Assembly: GCA_013239625.1 (NCBI GenBank)
Contig: MU053881.1
Coordinates: 4,051,957-4,115,956, forward strand
DNA: 64,000 bases
Direction of reading: 5' to 3'
From: Lama guanicoe
Lineage: Eukaryota
Shown: positions 1 through 11,603 of the stretch, one piece after another
How the letters are laid out: every line of letters begins with the position of its first letter
How positions within the stretch are numbered: the stretch's first letter is position 1
Position numbers and translations under genes: made by a program
The notes under the pieces: generated by a model
Told to the model about the DNA's origin: nothing
Databases searched by the model: none
Seen by the model: only the letters and a program-made list of their open reading frames with translations

Positions 1-59
1 CCTTGATGGAGCGTTCAAAACCACCCATGCCACCCAACCCCTTTATTTCTCCAAATTGT

Positions 60-240
60 TTGTTCAGGCTTTTACATGCACAGTCTCATAGAATCCTCTG
101 AGCAACCTCAGGGGCTGGTTGATTATCTTTTTTTCTTTTTTAATAAAAGGGGAAACTGAGGATCAGTCATTAAGCAACCTGCTCAACTGCCACAGCTAGA
201 AGGTGAAGAAACCAGGATTCTAACCTGCATCTGTCTCCCC
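60..240. mobile_element. MIR SINE remnant
   Basis: MIR-like core 'ggggaaactgagg...aagcaacctgctcaa...cacagctagaag...accaggattctaacc'. Confidence 0.6.
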
Positions 241-539
241 CCATAGTTGAGGAAACCAAAAGAGACAACTGCTCAAGGTCGTGCAGCTAGTAAACGGCAG
301 AAGGACAAGATCGATCCCCAGCTCCCACAACACTCTGTTCTTTCCATAATCATGCATATTTTACTATGTTCAAATATCACAAAAAGTATGTAAAGCATCA
401 ACAATCTAGAGGTGACTTCAACCAGCCTGAAGATGTGAGTTAGAAAAGAAAGGTTCAATTTTCAGTAGTGAACAAGTTCTCCTAGAAAACAGAGCTGGAG
501 GCAAAGCTCTGTACTAACGTTCGGGGAGTGCGGTGGGGG

Positions 540-1054
540 TGAGACAGGAGGGGAGGGGGCAGGGCACGGCCATTAAAAGAATGACACAGCAATTAACACC
601 AAGATGGGGAAGACGCAAGTGCCAGTAGACCTTGAGCTTCAACATACGCTCACTGAAATACAAGAGTGTGCTAGATGGTCCTCCCACAGGCCCCAGGACA
701 GTTTCAAGGCTGACAGTGAAAGGTCAAAAAGGGGGTGATGGCCCAGTTCCTGGGAACCCCAGCCCCTTCCCCAAAGTCGTTGGCATAATCCTCCCACTTG
801 TTAGCATGTGAAGTTACCGAGCCCATAAAAGCTAACCACCCTGCACCTCCTGGACTTTCTCTGACCTTCTGAGACAGCCCCTACTCTGTCTGTGGGGTTT
901 GCATCTTTCTGAATAAATCTACCTTCACTCTACTATAGCTCATTCTTGAATTCTTCCCTGCGTGAAGCCAACGACCCTCATTTGGCAGGGCACATCCCGG
1001 GGACTCATCCAAGACCTGGGACATAGCATCCTCTTGCCCATTTTTCCTGTATCA
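540..1054 (+). mobile_element. ERV1-like solo LTR (same family as 17220-17863)
   Basis: Starts TGAGACAGG, ends CTGTATCA, AATAAA at ~912; clearly homologous to the LTR at 17220. TSD not clean. Confidence 0.8.
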
Positions 1055-1568
1055 GGCAGGGGGCTGCAGTATCAAAGAGGTACCGTGAGGGGTAAATGGA
1101 AGGGGAACGGTGAAGGAGGGAGAGGCAAAGCCGGCTGGTTCACTTGGTTCACGACCACCCAGCAGCCCACGACTTGGCAGGAGAACAAGCCCATGGCTTG
1201 GTCACTTGGAGCATTCCAGAAAGGCAGTGTGGGACCACTGTGTCTCAGAAGCTTCCATCAGTGTTGCGAGAGAGACCCAGTTCAATGGCCCATCTCCAGC
1301 TCTCACTGGGCTCTAACTCTCCTCTTCTAGGTGGTACCACCTGGCCTTGGCAGCCTGCGTGAGTCTGGACCGCTAGCACCTGGGTGCTCCCCCCACAATG
1401 GGCACCATGGAGGGCGTGATGGAGGGAGGCAGAGACCATAAGCAGCTTAGAGGCTGAGCCATCGGCCAGTGGAAACAGTGCTAGATGTTGCTGGGGCCAT
1501 GCCACCTGAGACACAAGCCAAGTGCATCAGCCCAGAGGCAGTGGGGGCCCTCAATCGGGACGGCTTCA

Positions 1569-2040
1569 TGTGATGGTTAATGTGTCAGCTTCACTGCACT
1601 AAAGGATGCCCAGAGAGCTGGTGATGCATTATTTTTGGGTGTGTCTGGGAGAGTATTTCTGGAAGAGGTTAGCATTTAAACTGGAAGGCTGAGTAAAGAC
1701 TGCCCTTACCCGTTTGGGTGGGCATCACTGATCTCATAGAGGGGCTGAATAGACCAAAAGGGTGGAGGAAGGGCAAGTTTCTCTCTGCTTGGGCTGGGGA
1801 ATCCATCTCCTCCTGCCCTTGGCCATCAGTGCCCCCTGGTTCTCAGGCATTCGGACTCAGACCAGGACTTTTATACCATTGGTAACTCTGGTTCTCAGAC
1901 CTTCGGACTCGGACTGGAACTGCACCACGAGCGTTCCTGGCCTCCAGTTTGCAGGCAGCAGAACTTGGGTCTTCTTGGCCCCTGTAATCGCATGAGCTAA
2001 TCCCTCAAAATAAGTCTCTTTCTATCCCTCTCTATATCCC
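1569..2040 (+). mobile_element. MLT2-type (ERVL) LTR, 3' incomplete
   Basis: TGTGATGGTTAAT start; 'gggtgtgtctgggagagtatttctggaagaggttagcattt' and 'cttcggactcggactggaac' resemble the MLT2 consensus. Confidence 0.75.
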
Positions 2041-2401
2041 AATGCACGTCACATTTAATTATCCTCTGTCTCAGCTTGGATGCAATGGTAGATGGGGAAA
2101 CAGCATGGACCATGCGGTGAAAAAGATCCCGTTTTGAATCCTGGCTCCTACCTCCTCAAATCTGAGACTCCTCCGTCACCTGCAGCATGGGGACAATGGT
2201 GGTATCCACAAACATCAGATTGGGGTGAGGCCATTTTTCAAGCTTTCCTGGGAGCAGTAGGCAGGGAAGGATGCATGTGCAATTCTGAAAAGTCGGGGGC
2301 ACACTTTACAGCCATATATATACGACTCTCCTTAAACCCAAGCTATTATTAAAAATGAACATAAATGTGCACAATGTGCATCCCAGTTCATAACACATCA
2401 C

Positions 2402-2567
2402 GGTTTTTTTTCTTTTTGGGGGGGGATAATTAGGTTTTATTTTGATTAATTAATCAGGTTTTATTTTAATTGATTAATTATTTTAATGGAGGTACTGAGG
2501 ATTGAACCCAGGACCTCGTGCATGCTAAGCACATGCTCTACCACTGAGCTGTGTCCCCGTCCCCCTC
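2402..2567 (-). mobile_element. tRNA-derived camelid SINE (vic-1 type)
   Basis: Reverse complement of 'agctcagtggtagagcatgtgcttagcatgcacgaggtcctgggttcaatcc' (A/B boxes) plus AT-rich tail; TSD cataacacatcac (2389-2401) / cataatacatcac (2568-2580). Confidence 0.9.
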
Positions 2568-2924
2568 CATAATACATCACACTTGTTTTAATCATTGACA
2601 ATTTCCCTAAACACAATTTTAAACAGAAACCAAAGCTCCAGGAAGGAGCTTTATCCTACAAATGTGTATAGCCTCAAAACACACCATCAGAATCCCATTG
2701 TGGGTACCTGAGCAGCCCCGTTTGAAATGTACAATTTAGGCACAGAAACAGCTTCTATTTACTGAATACATGTTAGGCGTTCAACTTGCATTTTCTTATT
2801 TGAGTTTCCCCAAAACACTATAACATGGGAGTTACTTCCTCAGCTTTACAGATGAGCATACCAATCTCGGGGAGATTAAGTGCTTGGTCCAAGCTCACAC
2901 AACGTGGGGCAGTTCAAGGAAAAA

Positions 2925-3113
2925 TTTTTTTCCTATTTTACTTTTTGTTGAAGTGTAGTTGATCTACAATGTTCGTTTCAGGTGCACAGCAAAGTAATTC
3001 AGTTATACATACACATACACATACACATATATACATATATTTTCAGGTTCTTCTCCATTATAGCTTATTATAAAAATTGAATATAGTTCCCTGTGCTATA
3101 CAGTAGGTCCTTG
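2925..3113 (-). mobile_element. 5'-truncated L1 3' end inserted in a MIR
   Basis: T-tract, then 'gaagtgtagttgatctacaatg...gaatatagttccctgtgctatacagtaggtccttg', typical of cetartiodactyl L1 3'UTR; MIR-like flanks. Confidence 0.8.
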
Positions 3114-4224
3114 CAAGGGAGAATCTGAATCCAGGGTTCAGATTTTTTATCCACCGGGCTTCGTGGCTTCCGAATGCATGTCGATACACCTGGCCCACTG
3201 CCAGATCACAGCAGGCACTTCTCGCTGTCACCACCTCTCGGCATGTGCTAGTCAGCTCCCACCCCCAGGAGCAGGTACTGGAAAGACGCTCCCTCCAGCG
3301 TGGGCCAGGCTGTCCCTCACCAGAGAGATGAATACAATACTTTGACCTCCTGCTCATCACTTGAGCCCAAATCTCTTTCTCTCTCTCTCTCTCTCTGCCT
3401 CCCTCCAGATCAGGCAGCCTGCAAATCTGCCAAGTGTTCCCCAAAGCTAGCAAGCTGTTACTACTTAGTGGGGAGTCTGCAGAGGGTTACGGCCAGTGTC
3501 TACTCTCCATCACCAGGATCAAGAGCTCCGAAGAGGGAGGGGGCTGCAACCAAGCCGGGAGCCACCTTGCCGGTCAAGGCAGCATTCATGGCCTTGGGAA
3601 TTTAAACAGCCCCTCGAAAGGGAAATGTTACAGATGATTTTCCTCCAAGTGAAAAAATAAGATAAAGAATATTGAGTTTCTGAGTGGAAAGATCCCACAC
3701 CAAAAGGTCATTGCTATTATTCTGCTAAGTTGTTCTAAAGAGCATTAGAGTTTGAATGTGGATAGCTGTTTATCTAATCACTCTCTCCTGTAATCTCTTG
3801 ATTACAACCACCTTGTGCATGACAGTGATCCTCAATTATATCCACCCACCCATCGATCCATCCATCCACCCATCTGTCCCACCCCTTGTCAACAGAGGGT
3901 ACCTGCTCTGGACTGGACAATGCCACTTCCTTGGCTTCTGCCAACCAGAAACTGAGAACATAGCTGCACTGCCTCTCGCCCTGGCCTTGCCCAGCTCCAC
4001 ATTGAAATGAGCCCACACTTACCTGTGACACACAACCCTGAAGTCATCACCTTGCGGCCCCCATCCTCACTTCGCTCCTCTCACAGTGTGTGTAGTGGTC
4101 GTGCCATCTGGATGATTAGCTCGGGTTGGGACAGGAGCAAAAGTCCTAAGAAGTTCTGCACATGCTGCCCCACAGGTGACAAGAGGAAGTCCCTCTTTCT
4201 ATCTTGTTGAAGAAGGAAGCTATC

Positions 4225-4534
4225 NNNNNNNNNNNNNNNNNNNNNNNNNNNNNNNNNNNNNNNNNNNNNNNNNNNNNNNNNNNNNNNNNNNNNNNNNNNN
4301 NNNNNNNNNNNNNNNNNNNNNNNNNNNNNNNNNNNNNNNNNNNNNNNNNNNNNNNNNNNNNNNNNNNNNNNNNNNNNNNNNNNNNNNNNNNNNNNNNNNN
4401 NNNNNNNNNNNNNNNNNNNNNNNNNNNNNNNNNNNNNNNNNNNNNNNNNNNNNNNNNNNNNNNNNNNNNNNNNNNNNNNNNNNNNNNNNNNNNNNNNNNN
4501 NNNNNNNNNNNNNNNNNNNNNNNNNNNNNNNNNN
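4225..4534. other. Assembly gap (310 N)
   Basis: N run whose flanks match 6387 and 6710 in the sister copy. Confidence 0.99.
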
Positions 4535-4634
4535 TGAAGAAAGATTTAGAGATAAAAAAAAGTCTTAGGAGATGCATTCACTGATCACAAGGTCTCAATT
4601 CAAACAAATAATCTTTTAGGCAATCAGAAGTATA

Positions 4635-5512
4635 GATTTTAGATTAAGATGGCGCAGTGGTAGGACCACGAGCCCACCTCTCTCCTCGCAGCTGCAACAG
4701 AACCACCATTGACTGCCGAACAGTCATCAAGGGGAAAAAAGACTGGAATCTTGCAGGAAAAAAAAAAGTCTTCAAATGGAAGCATAAAGAGGGAACCACA
4801 GAGGGATGGTAGGAGGGGCGTGCTCCCGATATAATGGGACCCCAAGCAGAAGAATAATTAAGTCGCAGAGGCCCCCCCACAGGAGTGAGAGTTCTGAGCC
4901 CCACATCAGGCTCCCCAGCCTGGGGTTCCGGCATTGGGAGGAGGAGGAGACCCCAGGACATCTGGTTTTGAAGGCCAATGGGGCTTAGCTCCAGGAGCCC
5001 CACAGGTCTGGGGGAAACACAGACTTCGTTCTCTTGGGAAGAGCACACAGAATCTCACATGCGCCAGGTCCAAGGGCAGAGGCAGTGATTTCACAGGTGC
5101 TGGTTTTGGAGGGCCACTTGGGGAGGTAGGGGATGACTGCAGCTCACTCAGGGGACACAAAAGCTGGTGGTGGACATTCTGGGAGTGTTCATCTACATGA
5201 GCTTTCCTGGAGGCTGACATCTTGATTGGATCCTTAGCACCAAGACCCGGCCCCACCCAACAGCATGAGGGAAGCCTCAGGCCAAACAGCATACTGGGTG
5301 GGAACACAGCCCCACCCATCAGCAGGCTTCCTAAGCCACAAAAGCCTCTACACAGAAAAGGTCCAGGACCAAGCTTCACCCAGCAGTGGGCAGGCACTGG
5401 CTCCTCCTGCCAGGAAACCTGCCGAAGCCTCTAGTCCAGCCTCATCCACCAGGGGGCAGAAACCAGAAATAAGAAAATCCCAAAATAAAATAAAACAATC
5501 CCAAAGCCTGTG
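4635..5512 (+). mobile_element. L1 5'UTR fragment (duplicate of 6811-7787)
   Basis: 'gattaagatggcgcagtggtagg' L1-like 5' start with YY1-type AAGATGGCG; near-identical to copy 2. Confidence 0.75.
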
Positions 5513-6810
5513 ATGCTCATCACTTGAGCCCAAATCTCTCTCTCTCTCTCTCTCTCTCTGCCTCCCTCCAGATCAGGCAGCCTGCAAATCTGCCAAGTGT
5601 TCCCCAAAGCTAGCAAGCTGTTACTACTTAGTGGGGAGTCTGCAGAGGGTTACGGCCAGTGTCTACTCTCCATCACCAGGATCAAGAGCTCCGAAGAGGG
5701 AGGGGGCTGCAACCAAGCCGGGAGCCACCTTGCCGGTCAAGGCAGCATTCATGGCCTTGGGAATTTAAACAGCCCCTCGAAAGGGAAATGTTACAGATGA
5801 TTTTCCTCCAAGTGAAAAAATAAGATAAAGAATATTGAGTTTCTGAGTGGAAAGATCCCACACCAAAAGGTCATTGCTATTATTCTGCTAAGTTGTTCTA
5901 AAGAGCATTAGAGTTTGAATGTGGATAGCTGTTTATCTAATCACTCTCTCCTGTAATCTCTTGATTACAACCACCTTGTGCATGACAGTGATCCCCAATT
6001 ATATCCACCCACCCATTGATCCATCCATCCACCCATCTGTCCCACCCCTTGTCAACAGAGGGTACCTGCTCTGGACTGGACAATGCCACTTCCTTGGCTT
6101 CTGCCAACCAGGAACTGAGAACATAGCTGCACTGCCTCTCGCCCTGGCCTTGCCCAGCTCCACATTGAAATGAGCCCACACTTACCTGTGACACACAACC
6201 CTGAAGTCATCACCTTGCGGCCCCCATCCTCACTTCGCTCCTCTCACAGTGTGTGTAGTGGTCGTGCCATCTGGATGATTAGCTCGGGTTGGGACAGGAG
6301 CAAAAGTCCTAAGAAGTTCTGCACATGCTGCCCCACAGGTGACAAGAGGAAGTCCCTCTTTCTATCTTGTTGAAGAAGGAAGCTATCGCCAGTGGTCGCC
6401 ATTTTGCAACCCCTAATGAAATACTGAATTTTGGCATTAACGATGAAAGGACGTTTACCTCAGGAGAAAAGAGACAGTCCCGTCTCAGCTGCTTCCTGTG
6501 CCCAGCACTGCATGCGCAGTGGGACTGGCACAGCCGCCAAGCCAGACAGGGAAGCTTCCGGAGCCCAGCAGCCACCTGCAGGAAATACAGAGGACAAAGG
6601 AGCGCAGTCAGCGCTGCCAGGGGGTTGCAATCAGTGAAGTCCAGACTGTGGAAAACTTCGAGGACCAATGACTCATTTCCTTCAGTAACATCAACAAACT
6701 GCAAGATGATGAAGAAAGAATTTAGAGATAAAAAAAAGTCTTAGGAGATGCATTCACTGATCACAAGGTCTCAATTCAAACAAATAATCTTTTAGGCAAT
6801 CAGAAGTATA

Positions 6811-8123
6811 GATTTTAGATTAAGAATGCGCAGTGGTAGGACCACGAGCCCACCTCTCTCCTTGCAGCTGCAACAGAACCACCATTGACTGCCGATCAGT
6901 CATCAAGGGGAAAAAAGACTGGAATCTTGCAGGAAAAAAAAAAGTCTTCAAATGGAAGCATAAAGAGGGAACCACAGAGGGATGGTAGGAGGGGCGTGCT
7001 CCCGATATAATGGGACCCCAAGCAGAAGAATAATTAAGTCGCAGAGGCCCCCCCACAGGAGTGAGAGTTCTGAGCCCCACATCAGGCTCCCCAGCCTGGG
7101 GTTCCGGCATTGGGAGGAGGAGGAGACCCCAGGACATCTGGTTTTGAAGGCCAATGGGGCTTAGCTCCAGGAGCCCCACAGGTCTGGGGGAAACACAGAC
7201 TTCGTTCTCTTGGGAAGAGCACGCAGAATCTCACATGCGCCAGGTCCAAGGGCAGAGGCAGTGATTTCACAGGTGCTGGTTTTGGAGGGCCACTTGGGGA
7301 GGTAGGGGATGGCTGCAGCTCACTCAGGGGACACAAAAGCTGGTGGTGGACATTCTGGGAGTGTTCATCTACATGAGCTTTCCACTTAGAAAGATGGATT
7401 CTCTATCACGCCAGCTCAGCAGAGGGAGCTGGGAGTTGACAGAGAACTTGTGTCTCTCTCTCTCGGGTAAAGGATAAGCCATCCAGGGCTAGTGGGGTGG
7501 CTGCACCTGGGTCTTGCCCAACCGGCCCCACCCAACAGCATGAGGGAAGCCTCAGGCCAAACAGCATACTGGGTGGGAACACAGCCCCACCCATCAGCAG
7601 GCTTCCTAAGTCACAGAAGCCTCTACACAGAAAAGGTCCAGGACCAAGCTTCACCCAGCAGTGGGCAGGCACTGGCTCCTCCTGCCAGGAAACCTGCAGA
7701 AGCCTCTAGTCCAGCCTCATCCACCAGGGGGCAGAAACCAGAAATAAGAAAATCCCAAAATAAAATAAAACAATCCCAAAGCCTGTGGAAGGAATCGACA
7801 AACACAAGCCAGACTCTACACTGGGACCGGCTGGACCCTGGTCCTTGGGTGACAAGAGAGGAGTGTACTGCTGGGACACACAGGACGTCTCCCAAAGAGG
7901 GCCACCTCTCCAAGGTCGAGAAATGTAACTAACCTACCTAAAAATACAAACAGAAAGACAGTCAATATGAGGCGGCAGAGGGATATCTCCCAGGCCAAGG
8001 CACAAGATAAAATCCCAGAAGAAATAAGCGATGAGCAGAGAGGCAATTTATCTGAGAAAGAGTTTAAAGTAATGATGGCAAAGATGTTCAGAGAACTCAA
8101 GAGGAGTATAGATGCACAGAGCT
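6811..8123 (+). mobile_element. L1 5'UTR plus start of ORF1, 3'-truncated
   Basis: GC-rich 5'UTR followed by an ORF1-like N-terminus; possible diverged TSD aatcagaagtata (6798-6810) / aattggaagtgta (8124-8136). Confidence 0.8.
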
Positions 8124-8125
8124 AA
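7967..8125 (+). pseudogene. L1 ORF1p N-terminal remnant (52 aa)
   Basis: Translates MRRQRDISQAKAQDKIPEEISDEQRGNLSEKEFKVMMAKMFRELKRSIDAQS*, resembling the laurasiatherian L1 ORF1p N-terminus (..NLP.KEFK.M..KML.EL..). Confidence 0.8.
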
Positions 8126-8231
8126 TTGGAAGTGTAAACACTGACTAGATATTTAATGATATGAAGAAATAGTTACTGATTATTTTAAGCTGTGATGATG
8201 GTATTGTGATTATATTTTTAAAGAGGAATTT

Positions 8232-8604
8232 TCTTATAGAAACAGAAAGTAGGACAGTGATTGCCAGAGGCTGGAGACAGGGGGAAATGGGTGATTTTGG
8301 CCAAAGGGTAAAAAGTTTCAGTTTTGCAAGATAAGTAAATTCCAGGGATCAAATGTGCAGTGTGGGGGCTACAGTTGCTAATACTGTGTTGCATACTTGA
8401 AATTTGCTAAGAAGATAGATCATAAATTAAATCAAATCTCACCCACAAAGGGTGACTATGAGGTGCTTGAAAGATACTAAATAGCTATTTTGTGGGGATC
8501 CTTCATGATGCCTGTATAAAAACCTCAAGTTGTTCACCTTAACATATTTACAAGTTTTGTATGCTATCTCAATGAAGCGGTTAAAAAAATTAATAAAATA
8601 AAAC
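8232..8604 (+). mobile_element. L1MA/MB-type 3' end
   Basis: 'atagaaacagaaagtagg...ttgccagaggctgg...aaagggtaaaaagtttcagtt...tacttgaaatttgctaaga' plus A-rich tail. Confidence 0.75.
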
Positions 8605-8842
8605 AGGAGTTCTTGCTCTTAGAGATATATACTGAAATACTTGCTGGTGAAATGACGGGCTGTTTGGGATTTACTTCAAAATCATCTTGGGTGAAGACGG
8701 AGGAGGCTCTAGATGACAAAAGATGGTTCACAGTTGACAACTGTCAAAGTTGGGTGATGGAGATGTTGGAGTTGACTTAACTTGCATAAATTCTAAATAT
8801 ACTGTAAGTTTTGAAAACTTTGAAACATAATGTCTTCCACAA

Positions 8843-9632
8843 GATTCACTAACAAATGTTTTTTTAGCAGCTACTAGATGCGGTGCGCTATTCTAGCTGC
8901 CTGAAATACATTAGCCACAAAACAGACAGATTCCCGCCTTCCTGGCTCACGTTCAGGTGGGGAGGAGACAGATTCTGAATAATAAACATGATAAATAAGC
9001 AACTTGTATAGTATGTTAAAAGTGCTATAGAAAAGCCTGTGAATGGACCACAGGTCCACAGGAGAAGCTGGGAGCTGGGGAGGAAGCAGGCTCTAATTTT
9101 AAACTGGGGGGTAAAGACATTTGTGCAAAGCCTTGACATAGATGAGCCAGTTGGCCATACGAATACCTGGGGGAAGGGCATGCCTGGGAGAGGGAATAAC
9201 CAAGGTGAAGACCAGGAGGTCCGCTAAGTTTGACCAAGATCAGGGAGGCCATTCTGGCTGGAGTGGAGTGAGTTTGGAGAAGGGAAGTTCAGAAGAGGAA
9301 TCAGAGGGTTTAGAGGACCAGGAGGAGATTATGTAGGGCGCTGCCAGATCTTAAGAATTTTGACTTTTACCCTGAATGGGATGCGGAGCCGTGCAGAGAT
9401 CTGAGCAGAGGAGAGACAGGATCTGACTACATTGGCTTCAAGAATGATAGACCGCAGGGGTCAGAAGTGGTGGCAGGAAACCCACTTAGGAGTCTCCTAT
9501 GATAAGGGGGGTGTTGCCTCAGACCAGGGTGATAGCAATGGAGGTAGACGGAAGTGACTGGATTCTGGATGTATTTTGAAAGTGGAGCCAGCAGTTTGCA
9601 CATGGGGTGTGAGAGAAAAAGAGAGCCAGAGC
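8843..9632 (-). mobile_element. LINE-2 (L2) 3' region
   Basis: 'ttcactaacaaatgttt' L2 tail (reverse complement) and 'gaattttgacttttaccctgaatgggatgcggagcc...ggattctggatgtattttgaaagtggagcc'. Confidence 0.75.
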
Positions 9633-9633
9633 A

Positions 9634-10105
9634 ACTTAGAAGGATGGATTCTCTATCACGCCAGCTCAGCAGAGGGAGCTGGGAGTTGACCGAGAACTTG
9701 TGTCTCTCTCTCTCGGGTAAAGGATAAGCCATCCAGGGCTAGTGGGGTGGCTGCACCTGGGTCTTGCCCATGGACTGTTTTCCAGCTTCCTCCTCCATCA
9801 TCCCCCAGGAATTGTGCTCACCCTCCTGGTCCGAGATGGAGTTCCAGCCATCGCAACTGCATTCCTAAGAGCAGGATGTGAAAGGAGGGAAAGGAGACAA
9901 ATGGACCAGCTGTATTTTAAGGATATCTTCCAAAAGCTGTCACACGATACTTCTGCTTACATGCCACTGTCCAGAACTTAGTTACGTTCGGTATGACAGG
10001 AAATACAGCATCTATTCCAGATGCCCAACCCAAAACTGGAGGTTTTATTACTAAAGGAAGGGAAAAGAATGCGTATTAGGATAATTACATACAGTTTCTG
10101 CTATA
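9634..10105. mobile_element. Old MaLR (MLT1-type) LTR remnant
   Basis: 'ttccagccatcgcaactgcattcc...acttctgcttacatgccactgtccagaacttagt' typical of old MLT1. Confidence 0.5.
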
Positions 10106-11339
10106 CTTCCATCCAGTCACCCAAAGTGGAATCTCGGTCCTTCTCAGCTGCTCCCCCTTAAGCCGTGTCAATTTTACCTTCTCAGTAGACAAGCTGCTCA
10201 TCAGCCTGGGCTTTGGAGTCAAACCAACCTGAAACTGAATCCCTGTTTTATTTCTTAATAGCCTTGTGACCTTACACTTCTACTCTCTGATCCTTTGCAT
10301 AAGCTTCTCCCAAGCTTGGAAGAAGCCCCTTATTCTAATTTTTCATGGAACACACTCCTAGTCATGCCTCAGTACCCAATCCAAATAGCCCCACTTTGGG
10401 GAAACTTTCCTTGACTTTGTCAGGGGACCATGTATTCGCCTTCCTTTCCGATCTATTCTTCCCTAAACGCTGTATCTAGTCATTTCTTTATGCCCAGCAT
10501 AAAATCAACACTCAGGGAACATTCTTGTGTTTCAACTACTTCCAAATATTTAAATGTTTGCATGCAGTAAGAATTAAATAAATGGTAGCTATTGTTATCA
10601 TTGTGGTGACTATTAATATAACAACGATTTTGCTGTCATGTGTACAAAATTTGTGTGGTTGCCTGACTCTTAGTTCATATATTTGTACAGCCAGTCAACA
10701 AGAGTGAAAATGCATCAAAGAAAACCCAGAGAAAGGTCTTTGGAGAGTGGCCAGGATAGGAAGCGGTGTTTTTAAGGGGGGCTGGCTACCCTGTCACAGC
10801 TAAATGGGCCTTTATTTTTTTTTCCACGTGTGGAGCCCAGAGCACAATCCAGGCACGTTTAATAAAACTTCTGTCTTCTTTCCAAAGCCTTAAATCAAAG
10901 AGAAATTTGCTTGCAGCATCAACTCTGAGTCTTAAAAAAGGAGCACATTAGCATCAACAATGGGATTAATTAGGCTTCCCTGGAAACTGTTCAAACAAAG
11001 CATTGCACATTTCTCCAGGAAGGTCGAGCTTTTTCATTCTTTTCTGCAGCAGTTCAAGCTATCACCTCTGTGCAGGCCCACACGCTCGCAGGCACAGCTC
11101 GGGGGTCCAATGCCAGCCCAGATCCCTGGCTCCCAGGGGAGCACTCTGCACAGACAGGCTTCTCCTGGGGGTAGCAGACAGAGGTCCTGCGTCCTAGATC
11201 TGGGTGCTAATGGAAAGATCAAGGGTTTTGAAGTCCGGTATGAGCTCTGCCACTCACCTCTCTGGGCTTCATTGTCCTCTTCTGTAAAATGGGCATGATA
11301 TTGACAGGAAAGCAAGGTTGGCATAAAGGCTGAAAGACG

Positions 11340-11603
11340 TCAGGTCCTTGGCAAACTTCAATCACAAGCCTGTAGCTATCCCAAATCTTACCTAAGTGCT
11401 CTACCTCTTTTGCTATTAATTACTTAATATTTCCTTTTAATCAATATATTTTAAGAGAAAAGACTATCGTCTTACTGTAAATAGAAAAAAACGATTTTTA
11501 AATTACACAACCAAAAACTTAATTTAAAAAAATTTCATGTACCACCCCAAATCACCCCATTAACCAGCCATGTACTATGTAAGCCAAGCTTTGGGGAAGA
11601 CTG
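11340..11603. mobile_element. hAT-Charlie (MER113-like) DNA transposon remnant
   Basis: 'caaacttcaatc...ttacttaatattt...catgtaccacc...ctttggggaagactg' with degenerate terminal inverted repeats. Confidence 0.5.

Larger units (their letters stand above)
3351..7787 (+). repeat. ~2.2 kb near-identical tandem duplication A (3351-5512 / 5514-7787)
   Basis: Direct sequence identity at initial offset 2163; the ORF track also shows duplicated translations. Confidence 0.97.
6330..8830 (+). mobile_element. Ancient L1MC4-like 3' region, interrupted by two younger L1 pieces
   Basis: 'gcaatcagtgaagtccagactgtggaaaact...' and 'acactgactagatatttaatgatat...tgtgatgatggtattgtg...agagatatatactgaaatac' resemble the L1MC4 3'UTR on both sides of the insertions. 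Confidence 0.65.

Noticed and set aside
6397..6521. YY1-like CGCCATTTT and NRF1-like TGCATGCGCA as a promoter
   Set aside because: They lie within or next to an ancient L1 3' remnant with no CpG island, so the evidence is too weak.
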